DNA of 63,716 nucleotides, counting the filler, from Octopus bimaculoides (Eukaryota): assembly GCF_001194135.2 (NCBI RefSeq). It is 11 parts of 9 records of this genome, joined end to end, with 100 filler letters (N's around TTAATTAATTAA, not from the genome) between each part and the next. Parts side by side here need not be neighbours in the genome. Positions count along the whole stretch, not along the records: positions 1 to 3,329 come from NC_068997.1; positions 3,430 to 5,971 come from NW_026318234.1; positions 6,072 to 19,834 come from NC_068989.1; 8 more parts are not named here. One strand, written 5' to 3'. Both the position numbers and the translations under genes were made by a program. Position 1 is the first letter of the stretch. Each line of letters starts with the position of its first letter. Below the pieces are notes generated by a model. That model saw nothing but the letters and a program-made list of their open reading frames with translations, was not told the origin of the DNA and did no database searches. Below, piece by piece: positions 1 to 10,437 of this stretch.

Positions 1-316
1 TATCTAGCTCAGATACCAGGAAACCCCAAAATGGCTGAAGTTCAAAAGATAGTGCTCATGGGAACTGCCTATATCCTACGTAAAATACTGTCTATGTGAT
101 CTCAAATTTTGAAACAAACATATAATTTTCTTATGGTTTCTTAAACATTCACTAGAACAAAACTGTACAAATCCAAATATATGGTACCCTAGGCATAACA
201 CCTACATGAACTTCTAACTTGTTGTCTCTTGAGGTCTCTGGGTGAGACTTGGATTCAACTTGTACAAATGGAAAACAAAAGTCAAACATAAAATAATAAT
301 AATAATAATAATAATA
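1..316 (+). mobile_element. 3' end of an RLE-type (R4/Dong-like) non-LTR retrotransposon with (AAT)n tail
   Basis: Frame 1 reads YLAQIPGNPKMAEVQKIVLMGTAYILRKILSM* (1-99), the typical C-terminus after the restriction-like endonuclease. A 3' UTR follows and ends in (AAT)n at ~293-316. Confidence 0.8.
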
Positions 317-1640
317 TAGTTTTAACATCATTAACTGGAATTTGACAGAGCTCCAACGCCTGGACAGGAAAACAAGAAAAATACTCACTTATATGAACAT
401 GCACCACCCCAAAACAAATATTGATTGTCTGTACCTCCCTAGAAGTATTGGGGAAAGAGGAATGAATGATGCAGACAGAAATGTGCTATAAGACCTCCAC
501 AATATCAATTAGCAAGTACCTATCTAGTACAAAGGACTGGATATTGCGACTTGTGAGCAAACACGAAAGCAGCAAAAAGTCACATTCGATTGTTAAGGAA
601 TCTTGCAAATTCGCAAGGTAACTTGACATTAATCTTGAAATAGTTGAAGAGCCTAAAACCGCTGCCTCAAAACAAGCAAAATGGATCAAGCAGACTGCAA
701 TAATGAATGGACAGAAACAAATTGAGGAGCTGTGGAGCCAGAAACCTCTGCATGGTCAGTATATGCTTCGAAGTCGAAATGCCGATGTAGATCAAGCAAT
801 AATCCATCAGTGACTGAGAAGTTGAGGACTGAAAGCAGAGACTGAAGGTTTTATATTGGCGGCACAAGATCAAAGCTTGCTTACCCAAAACTACCAGGCT
901 AAAGTCTTTCAAAACAGTTCTGACTCAAAATGCAGATTCTGCGACATATTTGACGAAACAATAGACCATTTCGTCTCGGAATGTCCTGCGCTGACACCAA
1001 ACGAATGTAAAAGTCGCCACGATACGGTAGGACAGTATTTACATTGGAAAATATGTAAACACTACAAAATCATCACTCCTGCTTACTGGTACAAACATCA
1101 TCCTGAGTCTTGAAGGTAAAAGTTTGACTATTCTCTGGGATTTTCCAGTCAACACTGACAGAACGATCCAGGCTAATCGACCAGACATAATTATTAAATA
1201 TAGGGGAAAAAGACTTGTACACGATTAGATATAAGTGTTCCCACTGATAAAAATATATCTGTCAAGGAATTTGACAAACTAAGTAAATATAAGGACGTGG
1301 AAATTGAACTACAAAAGATGTAGTATCTTAAAACGAGAATTGTTCCTGTTATTGTAAGTGCCCTAGGAATGATAAAAAAGCGATGTCAGAGACATCTAGA
1401 TAAGATCCCAGGAGAACCATGGCTCAGAGAAATCCAAAAGATTGTGGTGACAAGTACTGTCCACATCCTTAGAAAAACCCTATCCATTTAAATGTCTGTT
1501 TTGTATTACATGAAGATATTCACTACCTCCCCTCCACAAGCTTTCAGTTATAACAACTCTTATCCTTCACTCGCCCTAGGACGCTGGGTGTGTCTCGTCA
1601 AATGACTATAACAACCATGCTGATTAAAAGTAAAAATGAC
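313..1640 (+). mobile_element. 5'-truncated, decayed RLE-type (R4/Dong-like) LINE: zinc knuckle plus restriction-like endonuclease
   Basis: ORF 856-1113 has CRFC..ETIDHFVSECP..RHD..LHW.IC.HY (CCHC knuckle). Downstream frames give ILWDF..NTD.TIQANRPDI and EIQKIVVTSTVHILRKTLSI*. Multiple stops and frameshifts. Confidence 0.9.
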
Positions 1641-1704
1641 AATAATGATAACAACAGCAACGTAATATAAATAAAATGCCAAATGTCTTTGTGCGTGTAT
1701 ATAT

Positions 1705-1749
<45 letters not shown>

Positions 1750-1986
1750 AATGCAAGTGTGTGTGGTTATATATGTGCGTTTAGCCCCAAAACGCTGCAT
1801 CTTCAAGAAAAACGAATTTGATTTTCGAATTCTGCATCCCACAGACAATGTCGTTTGAAAATAATAAAATATACTTTGTAACGAGAAATAACTTCTAGAT
1901 CGACAAATTTCCAACTCTCTATCTGTCATCATCAAACTATCTCTCTAGGTATATTTATCTGACTCTTTGACACTCACTTTCATTGT

Positions 1987-2157
1987 GTGTATATTAACTC
2001 TCACCATTGCCTTCATTTTGTTTTAACACCTTTTATGTATGTATATAAGCTATGTATGTATGTATGTATGTATGTATGTATGTATGTATGTATGTATTAT
2101 GTATGCATGTATATATGTATGTATGTATTTATGTATGTGTGTGTATATATGTATGTA

Positions 2158-2195
<38 letters not shown>
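1987..2195. repeat. Compound (TATG)n/(TA)n microsatellite
   Basis: Directly visible; explains ORF 1987..2196. Confidence 0.9.
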
Positions 2196-2197
<2 letters not shown>

Positions 2198-2407
2198 AAA
2201 GCAAATTAGCTAGTTAGAAAAGATGAAAGCAGTAACTATACTGTGAAGTAATGTTTATCAACACTTTAACATGGTTGTTCCATAGGAATCATCGTTACTA
2301 CCATTTTAACCCGAGGAGGATGCTTCCTCCAGCTGATTATTCGATGCAATCTGCACCCGATATATATTGCAAGTAGAGGAGCGGACCGTTACTGCCTTCC
2401 AGTGACG

Positions 2408-2469
2408 GGACAACCAGACAGCACTGTTTCGAACTATTTGTGCTCATCCTCAGTGGTGGATACTTGTCC
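2408..2469 (-). ncRNA. Type I hammerhead ribozyme, intact core, GUC cleavage site
   Basis: Minus strand: GGACA-AGUAUCC-ACCA CUGAGGA U GAGC-ACAAAUA-GUUC GAAA CAG-UG-CUG U C UGGU-UGUCC. All core nucleotides are present, with stems I, II and III. Predicted cleavage is between 2417 and 2416. Confidence 0.8.
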
Positions 2470-2717
2470 ACTAGAGATAACAGTACTTCGTTCCAGCTCG
2501 CAATATATAGAAAATAAGTGACTACCAGTCACTGATCATGTAACAAGCAAATTAGTTAAGTAGAAAATCTCTATAAGAGATTAAAGAAGTAACTATACTG
2601 AAAAGTAATGTTTATCGCCACTTCAACATGGCGTTTCTACCATTTTAACCCCAGGAGGACGCCTCCGCCAGCTATATATTGTGAGCTGCATATGTATAAG
2701 TAAGCACAAATGACGTA

Positions 2718-2810
2718 TAAAATTTACAACAGCTGTTTCGGTAGAATTTTAGTAATGCATTCATAGATTATATTATAACATACAGTTCATCATCATCAGG
2801 TAAAATTTTA
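2718..2810 (-). ncRNA. Degenerate type I hammerhead ribozyme
   Basis: Minus strand: UAAAAUUUUAC CUGAUGA U G...C GAAA CAGCUG U U GUAAAUUUUA. Stem I is 5+5 bp with one bulge and stem III is palindromic. Stem II is poorly paired with a long AU-rich insert. Confidence 0.5.
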
Positions 2811-3329
2811 AACGGGTCAGATTTTAAAACAAGTGGTACTTCTTGCATTAACCTGGACGGATCAAACGTCTGCTGGATCAGCTGATGTTGGATATGTTGC
2901 TCTGCGATACACTTCGACATCAGACGGTGTGGCATACCGTGCGCTTGTACAGGTAGTGGGGATTTGATAGAGGGAGTGAGCTAATGCATGGCACAAACAT
3001 TTGATTACAATAAACAAATGAGCTATTCAGATTGTTCATTTGTCGTCCACAACACGAAAATTAACCATGTGTGTATGTGTGTGTCAAGGAGCGGACTGAG
3101 CCGTCGTTCAATCGGGTACTACCCGAGAGTCCGGAGCTCTGAGAGGCCTGCACTCTACATGTTAACTCAACAAAAACATACATTCAAAAGAACCCGGTAA
3201 ACAGTTATGTCCAAGGGCCCATAAAACGCACAGTCCACTCCTGTGTGTGCGTATGTATATGTATTTGTGTGTGTGTGTGTGTGTGTGTATGTTTTCGCGC
3301 GCACCTGAGTGTGTGTGTGTGTGTATATA

Positions 3330-3429
3330 NNNNNNNNNNNNNNNNNNNNNNNNNNNNNNNNNNNNNNNNNNNNTTAATTAATTAANNNNNNNNNNNNNNN
3401 NNNNNNNNNNNNNNNNNNNNNNNNNNNNN
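3330..3429. other. Artificial 100-bp scaffold gap (44 N + TTAATTAATTAA + 44 N); also at 5972, 19835, 29448, 40098, 49984, 55028, 57376, 59434, 62327
   Basis: Identical geometry ten times; the linker gives stop codons in all six frames. Confidence 0.97.
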
Positions 3430-4860
3430 AAGCCAGTATGTTCTGATGGATGTGTAATGTCAGTGTGCATACTAGACAGTATCATTACCTTGAGAGAAAA
3501 GTTGAACTTAAGAAGCATCAGTTGTGGGGTGCAAGAGAGACGATTGCGCTGGTATGGTCATGTAGCGAGAATGGATGAGGATAGCTGTGTGAAAAAGTGC
3601 CACACCTTAGCAGTTAAGGGAACCTGTGGAAGAGGTAGACCCAGGAAGACCTGGGATGAGGTGGTGAGGCACGACCATCGAACATTGGGCATCACCGAGG
3701 CGATGACTTCTGACCGAGACCTTTGGAAATATGCTGTGCATGAGAAGACCCGGCAAGCCAAGTGAGACCTAAATCTATGGCATCAGCCAGTCCACTTATG
3801 CATACCTTCCTTCATTGGANNNNNNNNNNNNNNNNNNNNNNNNNNNNNNNNNNNNNNNNNNNNNNNNNNNNNNNNNNNNNNNNNNNNNNNNNNNNNNNNN
3901 NNNNNNNNNNNNNNNNNNNNNNNNNNNNNNNNNNNNNNNNNNNNNNNNNNNNNNNNNNNNNNNNNNNNNNNNNNNNNNNNNNNNNNNNNNNNNNNNNNNN
4001 NNNNNNNNNNNNNNNNNNNNNNNNNNNNNNNNNNNNNNNNNNNNNNNNNNNNNNNNNNNNNNNNNNNNNNNNNNNNNNNNNNNNNNNNNNNNNNNNNNNN
4101 NNNNNNNNNNNNNNNNNNNNNNNNNNNNNNNNNNNNNNNNNNNNNNNNNNNNNNNNNNNNNNNNNNNNNNNNNNNNNNNNNNNNNNNNNNNNNNNNNNNN
4201 NNNNNNNNNNNNNNNNNNNNNNNNNNNNNNNNNNNNNNNNNNNNNNNNNNNNNNNNNNNNNNNNNNNNNNNNNNNNNNNNNNNNNNNNNNNNNNNNNNNN
4301 NNNNNNNNNNNNNNNNNNNNNNNNNNNNNNNNNNNNNNNNNNNNNNNNNNNNNNNNNNNNNNNNNNNNNNNNNNNNNNNNNNNNNNNNNNNNNNNNNNNN
4401 NNNNNNNNNNNNNNNNNNNNNNNNNNNNNNNNNNNNNNNNNNNNNNNNNNNNNNNNNNNNNNNNNNNNNNNNNNNNNNNNNNNNNNNNNNNNNNNNNNNN
4501 NNNNNNNNNNNNNNNNNNNNNNNNNNNNNNNNNNNNNTACCGCCTGACTGGCCTTCGTAGGATTTCCGAGCGAGATCGTTGCCAGTGCCCCTGGACCGCC
4601 TCTTGTGCGGATGGCACATAAAATACACCATTTTGAGCGTGGCCGTTGCCAGTACCGCCTGACTGGCCTTCGTGCGGGTGACACGTAAAAGCACCCACTA
4701 CACTCTCTGAGTGGTTGGCGTTAGGAAGGGCGTCCAGCTATAGAAACTCTGCCAAATCAGATTGGAACCTGGTGTAGCCATCTGGTTTCACCAGTCCTCA
4801 GTCAAATCGTCCAACCCATGCTAGCATGGAAAGCGGACGTTAAACGATGATGATGATGAA
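3430..4860 (+). mobile_element. RTE-clade LINE 3' end (spans an N gap) with (GAT)n tail
   Basis: ORF 3457-3765 has RRLRWYGHVARM..CVKK..GRGRPRKTWDEVV, typical of the RTE C-terminus. The 3' UTR ends ...GGACGTTAAACGATGATGATGATG at ~4860. Confidence 0.85.
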
Positions 4861-6071
4861 GTATTTTCCTTTTATATTCCTTTAGCTATATCTGTTTCCT
4901 CTATCATTCTCCTCACACCTCTAATAACTAACAACTCTTCAGTCATATTTATTCCATTCTGATACCACAGCAGTAATTTTTAAAGAATTGTTTGTGCATA
5001 TTACAATTTACTTGCAGTATTCTTTTTGGCTCTCTGTGCTTGGAGTTCAAATCTCACTGAGGTTAACTTTCTCTTTCATCCTTTTGGGAGTTGCAGTCAA
5101 GAGCTATGGCTTGGCAGAATCCTTGACGTATTGAAATACTTTGAGGTATTTGTTCTGGTTCTTTACATTTCTGAGTTCTTGGGTGTTAGGCTTAATCTCC
5201 TGGCTTAGCATCACCACCTGGTCCTTGGGTTCTTTCACAGTACTTCCCCTGTTGCAAGCATCCTCTAAGGTTGTGACAAAATAATGGATGTAGTATTTGA
5301 CACAGTATGGAAGCATACTTAAAAAAAAAATATCCCTCGTGTATACCGGCCTTCTAAAGATTTATCTCTTATGTACTTAACTGTACAGAAACCTGGATGT
5401 AGGCATAGTGGTGTGGTTAAGAAATTTGTTTGACAACTGTGTGATGCTGCTTTTAGTTCAGCTGAGCAGCATATTGTCAAAATGTCTTACCATAGCCTTA
5501 GGAGTGAAATTTGATAGACATAAATTATTTGGAAGCCCATGGGAAGTATAGTTTCTATTCTTGGTTGGAAGACTTAATGCATCACTCGATTTACCACCAC
5601 CATCTAGATATTGGGTTTCTTTTACAGAAACTACTCTTTTGCAAGCATTTGAGCCAGATGTGAAAATAACTTACCCCTCCTTGTAAGGTCATGATTGCAG
5701 TTCTTCTGCCTTTAGTTAAACCATAAAAATGATGTAAAGGTAGTGAAACAGTGTTTCAGAAAGAATTGACCAAATAGTTTCATCACACCATATTCTTGCT
5801 GCCGCAACATAAGCTAGAATACATATATGTTTCTTCTGCTGATGATTATGATGATAATGTTTTCTTTTGTTCCAGATTTGTTAAACCATTCCCACATGCT
5901 GTGAAAGATATATCAGACAGTAGCAGCTCTATTTCTCCATCTTTTAATGCTTGAATAATGGAGTTAGGAGTNNNNNNNNNNNNNNNNNNNNNNNNNNNNN
6001 NNNNNNNNNNNNNNNTTAATTAATTAANNNNNNNNNNNNNNNNNNNNNNNNNNNNNNNNNNNNNNNNNNNN

Positions 6072-6109
<38 letters not shown>

Positions 6110-7109
6110 CGACAACGGATTTGTACCACAAAGAAAGATTCCGGTTACTTTTGGGTATCTCGTACATATGTCTGTGTGTGTAATGTGTGTGTGTGTGAAC
6201 GAGTGAGGGTAACCTCGAACAAAGACATTTATTGGTAGATGTTTTTTACGTCTGGTGATTTCTACATTTCGTCCTCTTCTGAGTTCAATAAATTCACTAT
6301 CGAAGTACAAAGCATAGGTCAATATGACCGGCACAAAGTCTGGAAAGTGGTACTCGAGTATGGCCACTAAACAAATACTGGAGATCCTTAAATGAATAAA
6401 ACGATAAATTATGTGATTCGATCTGGAGTTTTCATTATTTCAGTTTAACAAATCAATTTCATGTTATCCGATTGTTGGATAATATTTGATTGAAATGCGG
6501 TGATGGAAATATAAATCCTTTGAAAATTATCTTTATTTGTTTGGCAAGAAAAATAATTTGATAATAGCATTTAAATATCTGCTTATCTGTTACACTTAAG
6601 ATCTACGACAATCATTTATTATTAATTCATTAATTTTAACGCAAATCACCAGTAAGTCTTTTGAAAAGACGCTTAAAGTATTAGGATTAATTACATTTAA
6701 TATATTATCCTTCAGTTTGTTCCGTAATGAATATGTAGGTGATTTTCCGAAAATGGCTGCCAAGTTACAGACATAAATCTTTAAACTTGAAGATATAGGG
6801 AATCAGGATAAATGGTCTGATTTCTATCATTTTCCAGCGTATGTAAGGTACTCATATCATACAGTTCTTTCAGACAAATCGAAACTAGGTCATCATGGGC
6901 AATATATTGCTACCATGGACTTACTAACATATTGCAAACTTTCAAAGTATTAGTCACTGCGCTTAATCTACAAATGTTTGTTTGTATTTGCGAAATTCTG
7001 TGCCTTCTCTTTGCCATTCCACCAATCAGTGCCTCTGACTACAACTAGTACAGGGTGAGACTCCAATTTCACCTGGAGAGTATTTTAAAAGAGAACATTT
7101 ATGTAGAGC

Positions 7110-7290
7110 CGGAACAAATACTGTACAGCATTTAACCTGTCTTTGCGTTCTTAGTTCAAAATACGTGGAGGTCGACTTTGCTTTTCAACACTTCAGAGTC
7201 GATGAAATAAGTACATTTCAGCCTGAGATCAATGTAACAGACTAGCCATTTTCTCCAAAATTTCGGGCCTTGTGACAATAGTAACGAAAA
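7110..7290 (+). mobile_element. SINE family B (decayed); other copies at ~5010-5110, 10015-10150, 37285-37495, 51705-51915
   Basis: Shared core (C)TGAGTTCAAAT..GCCGAGGTCGACTTTGCCTTTCATCCTTTCGGGGTCGA with a B-box-like GTTCAAA. Confidence 0.7.
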
Positions 7291-7304
7291 TTATTATTAT
7301 TATT

Positions 7305-7460
7305 GGGTGAAAGAGCAGCACATGCCAGACACATGCACCACATATGTGCGTGACATGATGATCTCATATCAAGATAAACAGCGCTTGACTTTGAATTTTC
7401 TTAAGATCGAGTGGCCCATTTCACACAAAAGGTCCCTAAAAAGGATGTTGAGCGAAACAC
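7305..7460 (-). mobile_element. Retroposon 3' end with (AAT)n tail; longer copy at 9350-9600
   Basis: Shares GATCTCATATCAA(G/T)ATAAACAGCGC...GAATTTTCTT...GGTCCCT with 9365-9600. Both abut (ATT)n on the + strand. Confidence 0.7.
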
Positions 7461-7519
7461 CCAAGAATCCAGAGGTAAATTATTCAAACTCTGAAAGATT
7501 CCTCTCAACACATGGTTAA

Positions 7520-9320
7520 TCTGCATGTTTGTTACAAACACCTGCCGAGGTACACACAGCGTCCTAGAATGAGTGAAGGATAAGAGATGTTATAGTATGA
7601 CTGGAAGCTTAGGAGAGGAAGTGGCAGGGGCTGTAGAGAAATATTTACATGTAATACAACACAGACACTTAGATTGATAGGGTCTTTCTAAGGATGGGGG
7701 CAAGACTTGTCAGCACAATATTTTGGATTTCTGTGAGACATGGTTCTCCTGGGATATTATCTAGATGTTTCTGACATCCCTTTCTTATAATAACCAGGGC
7801 GCTCACAGTAACAGGAATAGTTCTCACTTTAAGAAGCCTAATCTTTTGTATTTCAACAATCAGGTCCTTATATTTAATTTGTCAAATTCTTTTACAGATA
7901 TATACATATAAATGGGAACACTTACATCTATTAGTCTACAAGCATTTTCTTCCTTATCTTTAATGACTATGTATGGTCGATTGGCCTGGATTGTACTGTC
8001 AGTGTTGACTGTAAAATCCCAGAGGATTATGACATTTTTAATTTCAGTGACTGGCTCAGGATGATGTTCGTACCAGTAAGCAAGAGTGCTGATTTTGTAG
8101 TGCTTACATATTTTCCAGTGTAAATGCCGTCTCACCCTATCGTGGCGATTCATATATTCGTTGGTGTCAGCACAAGACTTCTCGAGACGAGATGGTGTAT
8201 TACTTCATCATATTTATCGCAGAATCTGCATTTAGGGTCAGAACTGTTTTGAATAACGTTAACGTGGTAGTATTTGGTAAGGAAGCTTTGATCTTGTGCC
8301 TTTGATCTTGTGCTTTGATCCTTCAGTCTCAGCTTTCTGTCCTGAGCTTCTCAGCCACTGATGAGGTGTTGCTTTGTCTACATCAGCATTTCGGCTTCGA
8401 AGTATATACTGTTCATGCAGAGGCTTCTGGCTCCACCCACTCCTCAATTTGTTTCAGCCCGCTCTTTTTTGCAGTTTATTTGATCCGTTTTGCTTATTTG
8501 GTGGTAGTGGTTTCAGGTTCGTCATCTAATTCAGGGTTAATGCCGCATTTCCTTGCGAATTTGCATGCTTCCTTGACAGTATAATGTGATTTTGTTGTTG
8601 CTTTCGTGTTTGCACACAAGCCGCAGCGTCCAGTCCTTTGTACTAGATAAGTACTTGCTCATTGCTAATGTGGAAGACCTATAGCACAGTTCTACCAGCA
8701 TCATTCCTCTTCCTCCATTACTTTTAGGTAGGTACAGACGATCAACGTCTGCATTTGGGTGCTGCATGTTAGTAGTTAGTAGTGTTCCTGTCTTCCTGTC
8801 CAGGCGTTGGATCTCTGTAAGATTCCAGTTAATTATGTTAAAACTATATTGGACTATTAGAAGTGCCAGGGTATTAATGGCTTTGATGCGATTTTTGGAG
8901 TTGAATTCAGTTTTTAGTATGAGACTTACTCTCCTATGATACTCCTTTTTTTCATTTCTTCCTTCATAGTAGCATGTTGTATACCATCTGCTTCGTTTAT
9001 CCCCAGATGTTTATAGGTTTATTGTCAGTCAAGCTCTATGTTTGTAGTGTCGGTATCTAATTCAATGGAAGCTGATTGTTTGCGCTTGCCCCTTTCAAAA
9101 GTTGCTATAACACACTTATGAAGGCGAAAATACATCCGCATGTTATTGCTGAACTCTTTAACAGTTATTAACAGCCCTACTAGCACTTCGTCATTTCCAG
9201 CAAACAGTTTCAGATCGTCCATATAAAACAGATGGTTTACTATGATGTTATACACTTCGAACCCATAACTGGTGTTATTCAGTTCGTTTGAGAGTGGGAT
9301 CAGTGCGATGCAAAAAAGTA
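7520..9320 (-). mobile_element. RLE-type (R4/Dong-like) LINE fragment: RT to 3' UTR, same family as 313-1640
   Basis: Minus ORFs read NHLFYMDDLKLFA (RT YxDD), HPNADVDRLYLPKSNGGRG and RHD..HLHWKICKHY..ILWDF..TD..QANRP. The 3' UTR matches 1490-1630. Confidence 0.9.
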
Positions 9321-9349
9321 GTTATCATCATCATCATCACCATCATCAT

Positions 9350-9600
9350 TATTATTATTGAGTGAGAGAGCAGTGCATGCCATCAAAGTGACACTGGGGT
9401 TAAACATACGAAGCCCATTATACCCATCATGACTACCCGTCTGATAAGGGCACACCAGGCATATGCATCACAACCATGTGCACGACATGGTGATCTCATA
9501 TCAATATAAACAGCGCATCACCTCGCAGGTGGGGCCCAGTTAGAATTTTCTTCAGGTCGAGTAGCCCATCCCGTTCAAATGGTCCCTGGATAAGGTTTAT
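9350..9600 (-). mobile_element. Retroposon 3' end with (AAT)n/(GAT)n tail
   Basis: Homologous to 7305-7460; the tail is CATCAT...ATTATTATTATT on the + strand at ~9325-9360. Confidence 0.7.
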
Positions 9601-10357
9601 TTGCGCTTATTTACGTGGTAGATATATGAAATTTCACTAAAGGTATCATATGTATCGCGGTAGATATTTGAAATTTCACGAAAGGCATAATATGTACGGG
9701 GTATTTTATTTATTTATTTATTTTTTTGGTTTATGGGAAAAACGGAAAAATAGGATTGAATATCTATTTTATCAGTGAGTCTATATAATTGTGCATAAAT
9801 ATATAAAGTGTATATATAAAGTGTTCATCATCGTATTCCAATTTCTATCACTTTTCAGCGAGTAGCAGATGAGCGACTATCTTTCCATACGAACACAACA
9901 CAGGCTACGCTTTCAGGTTTTGGGGATGAAGTTTTCAGAAACCCAATAGGTTTTCCATTAATTCTATGAAATATTCACGGGTCTCGCTAGTTATCAATAA
10001 CAACATAAATGCGGAGAACTGGCAGAATCGCTTGCACACCGGGAGAAATTCTTCGCAGCATTTCGTTTGTCATTACGCTCTGAGGTCGACTTTGTCTTTT
10101 ATCATTTCTCTTATCATTTCGGAGTCGGAGTAATCGACAAGCTCCATCCTCCAACATTTCATGTCTTGTGTCTATAGTAGAAAGGGTCATCAATAACAAC
10201 ATAAAGTAATACCACTCATAACTTAATATGGTACCTAACGGGTTTAGTACCGAGATATTGCATTATAATATGACAGCCAGAATTAAAGAAGATTCAACTT
10301 TACATGTAATCTTGTATTAAACTAGTGTCCCTAAAGTATTTCATGAGTATTGGAAGT

Positions 10358-10437
10358 ACTACTTCGTGCTGCATTAGAACCACTACTTCGTGCTGCATTA
10401 GAACCACTACTTCGTGCTGCATTAGAACCACTGCTTC
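10358..10437. repeat. 24-bp minisatellite, 3 exact copies plus a partial
   Basis: ACTACTTCGTGCTGCATTAGAACC x3. Confidence 0.95.

Larger units (their letters stand above)
2198..2850. repeat. Diverged two-unit tandem duplication (~345 nt period), each unit ending in a hairpin element
   Basis: GCAAATTAG, GTAACTATACTG (2232/2589), TACCATTTTAACCC (2299/2638) and TATATATTG (2361/2673) recur in the same order. Confidence 0.8.

Noticed and set aside
3374-3385. Recurrent TTAATTAATTAA motif that could look like a regulatory site or CRISPR-like repeat
   Set aside because: Always centred in 44N+12+44N gaps; an artificial six-frame-stop linker.
4782-4801. CUGAGGA...GAAA on the - strand of the RTE tail (also ~20143-20160)
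   Set aside because: No stem II or UH site; the bases form a simple CUGGU-GAA-ACCAG hairpin.
5104-5316. 70-aa minus-strand ORF with protein-like composition
   Set aside because: No recognisable motif or splice signals; its end lies next to a SINE relic; possibly a decayed LINE.
6020-6367. Minus ORF AILEYHFPDFVPVILTYALYF... with plausible splice sites
   Set aside because: Its middle is the reverse complement of SINE-B-like CATTTCGTC..TTCTGAGTTCAA; no homology recognised.
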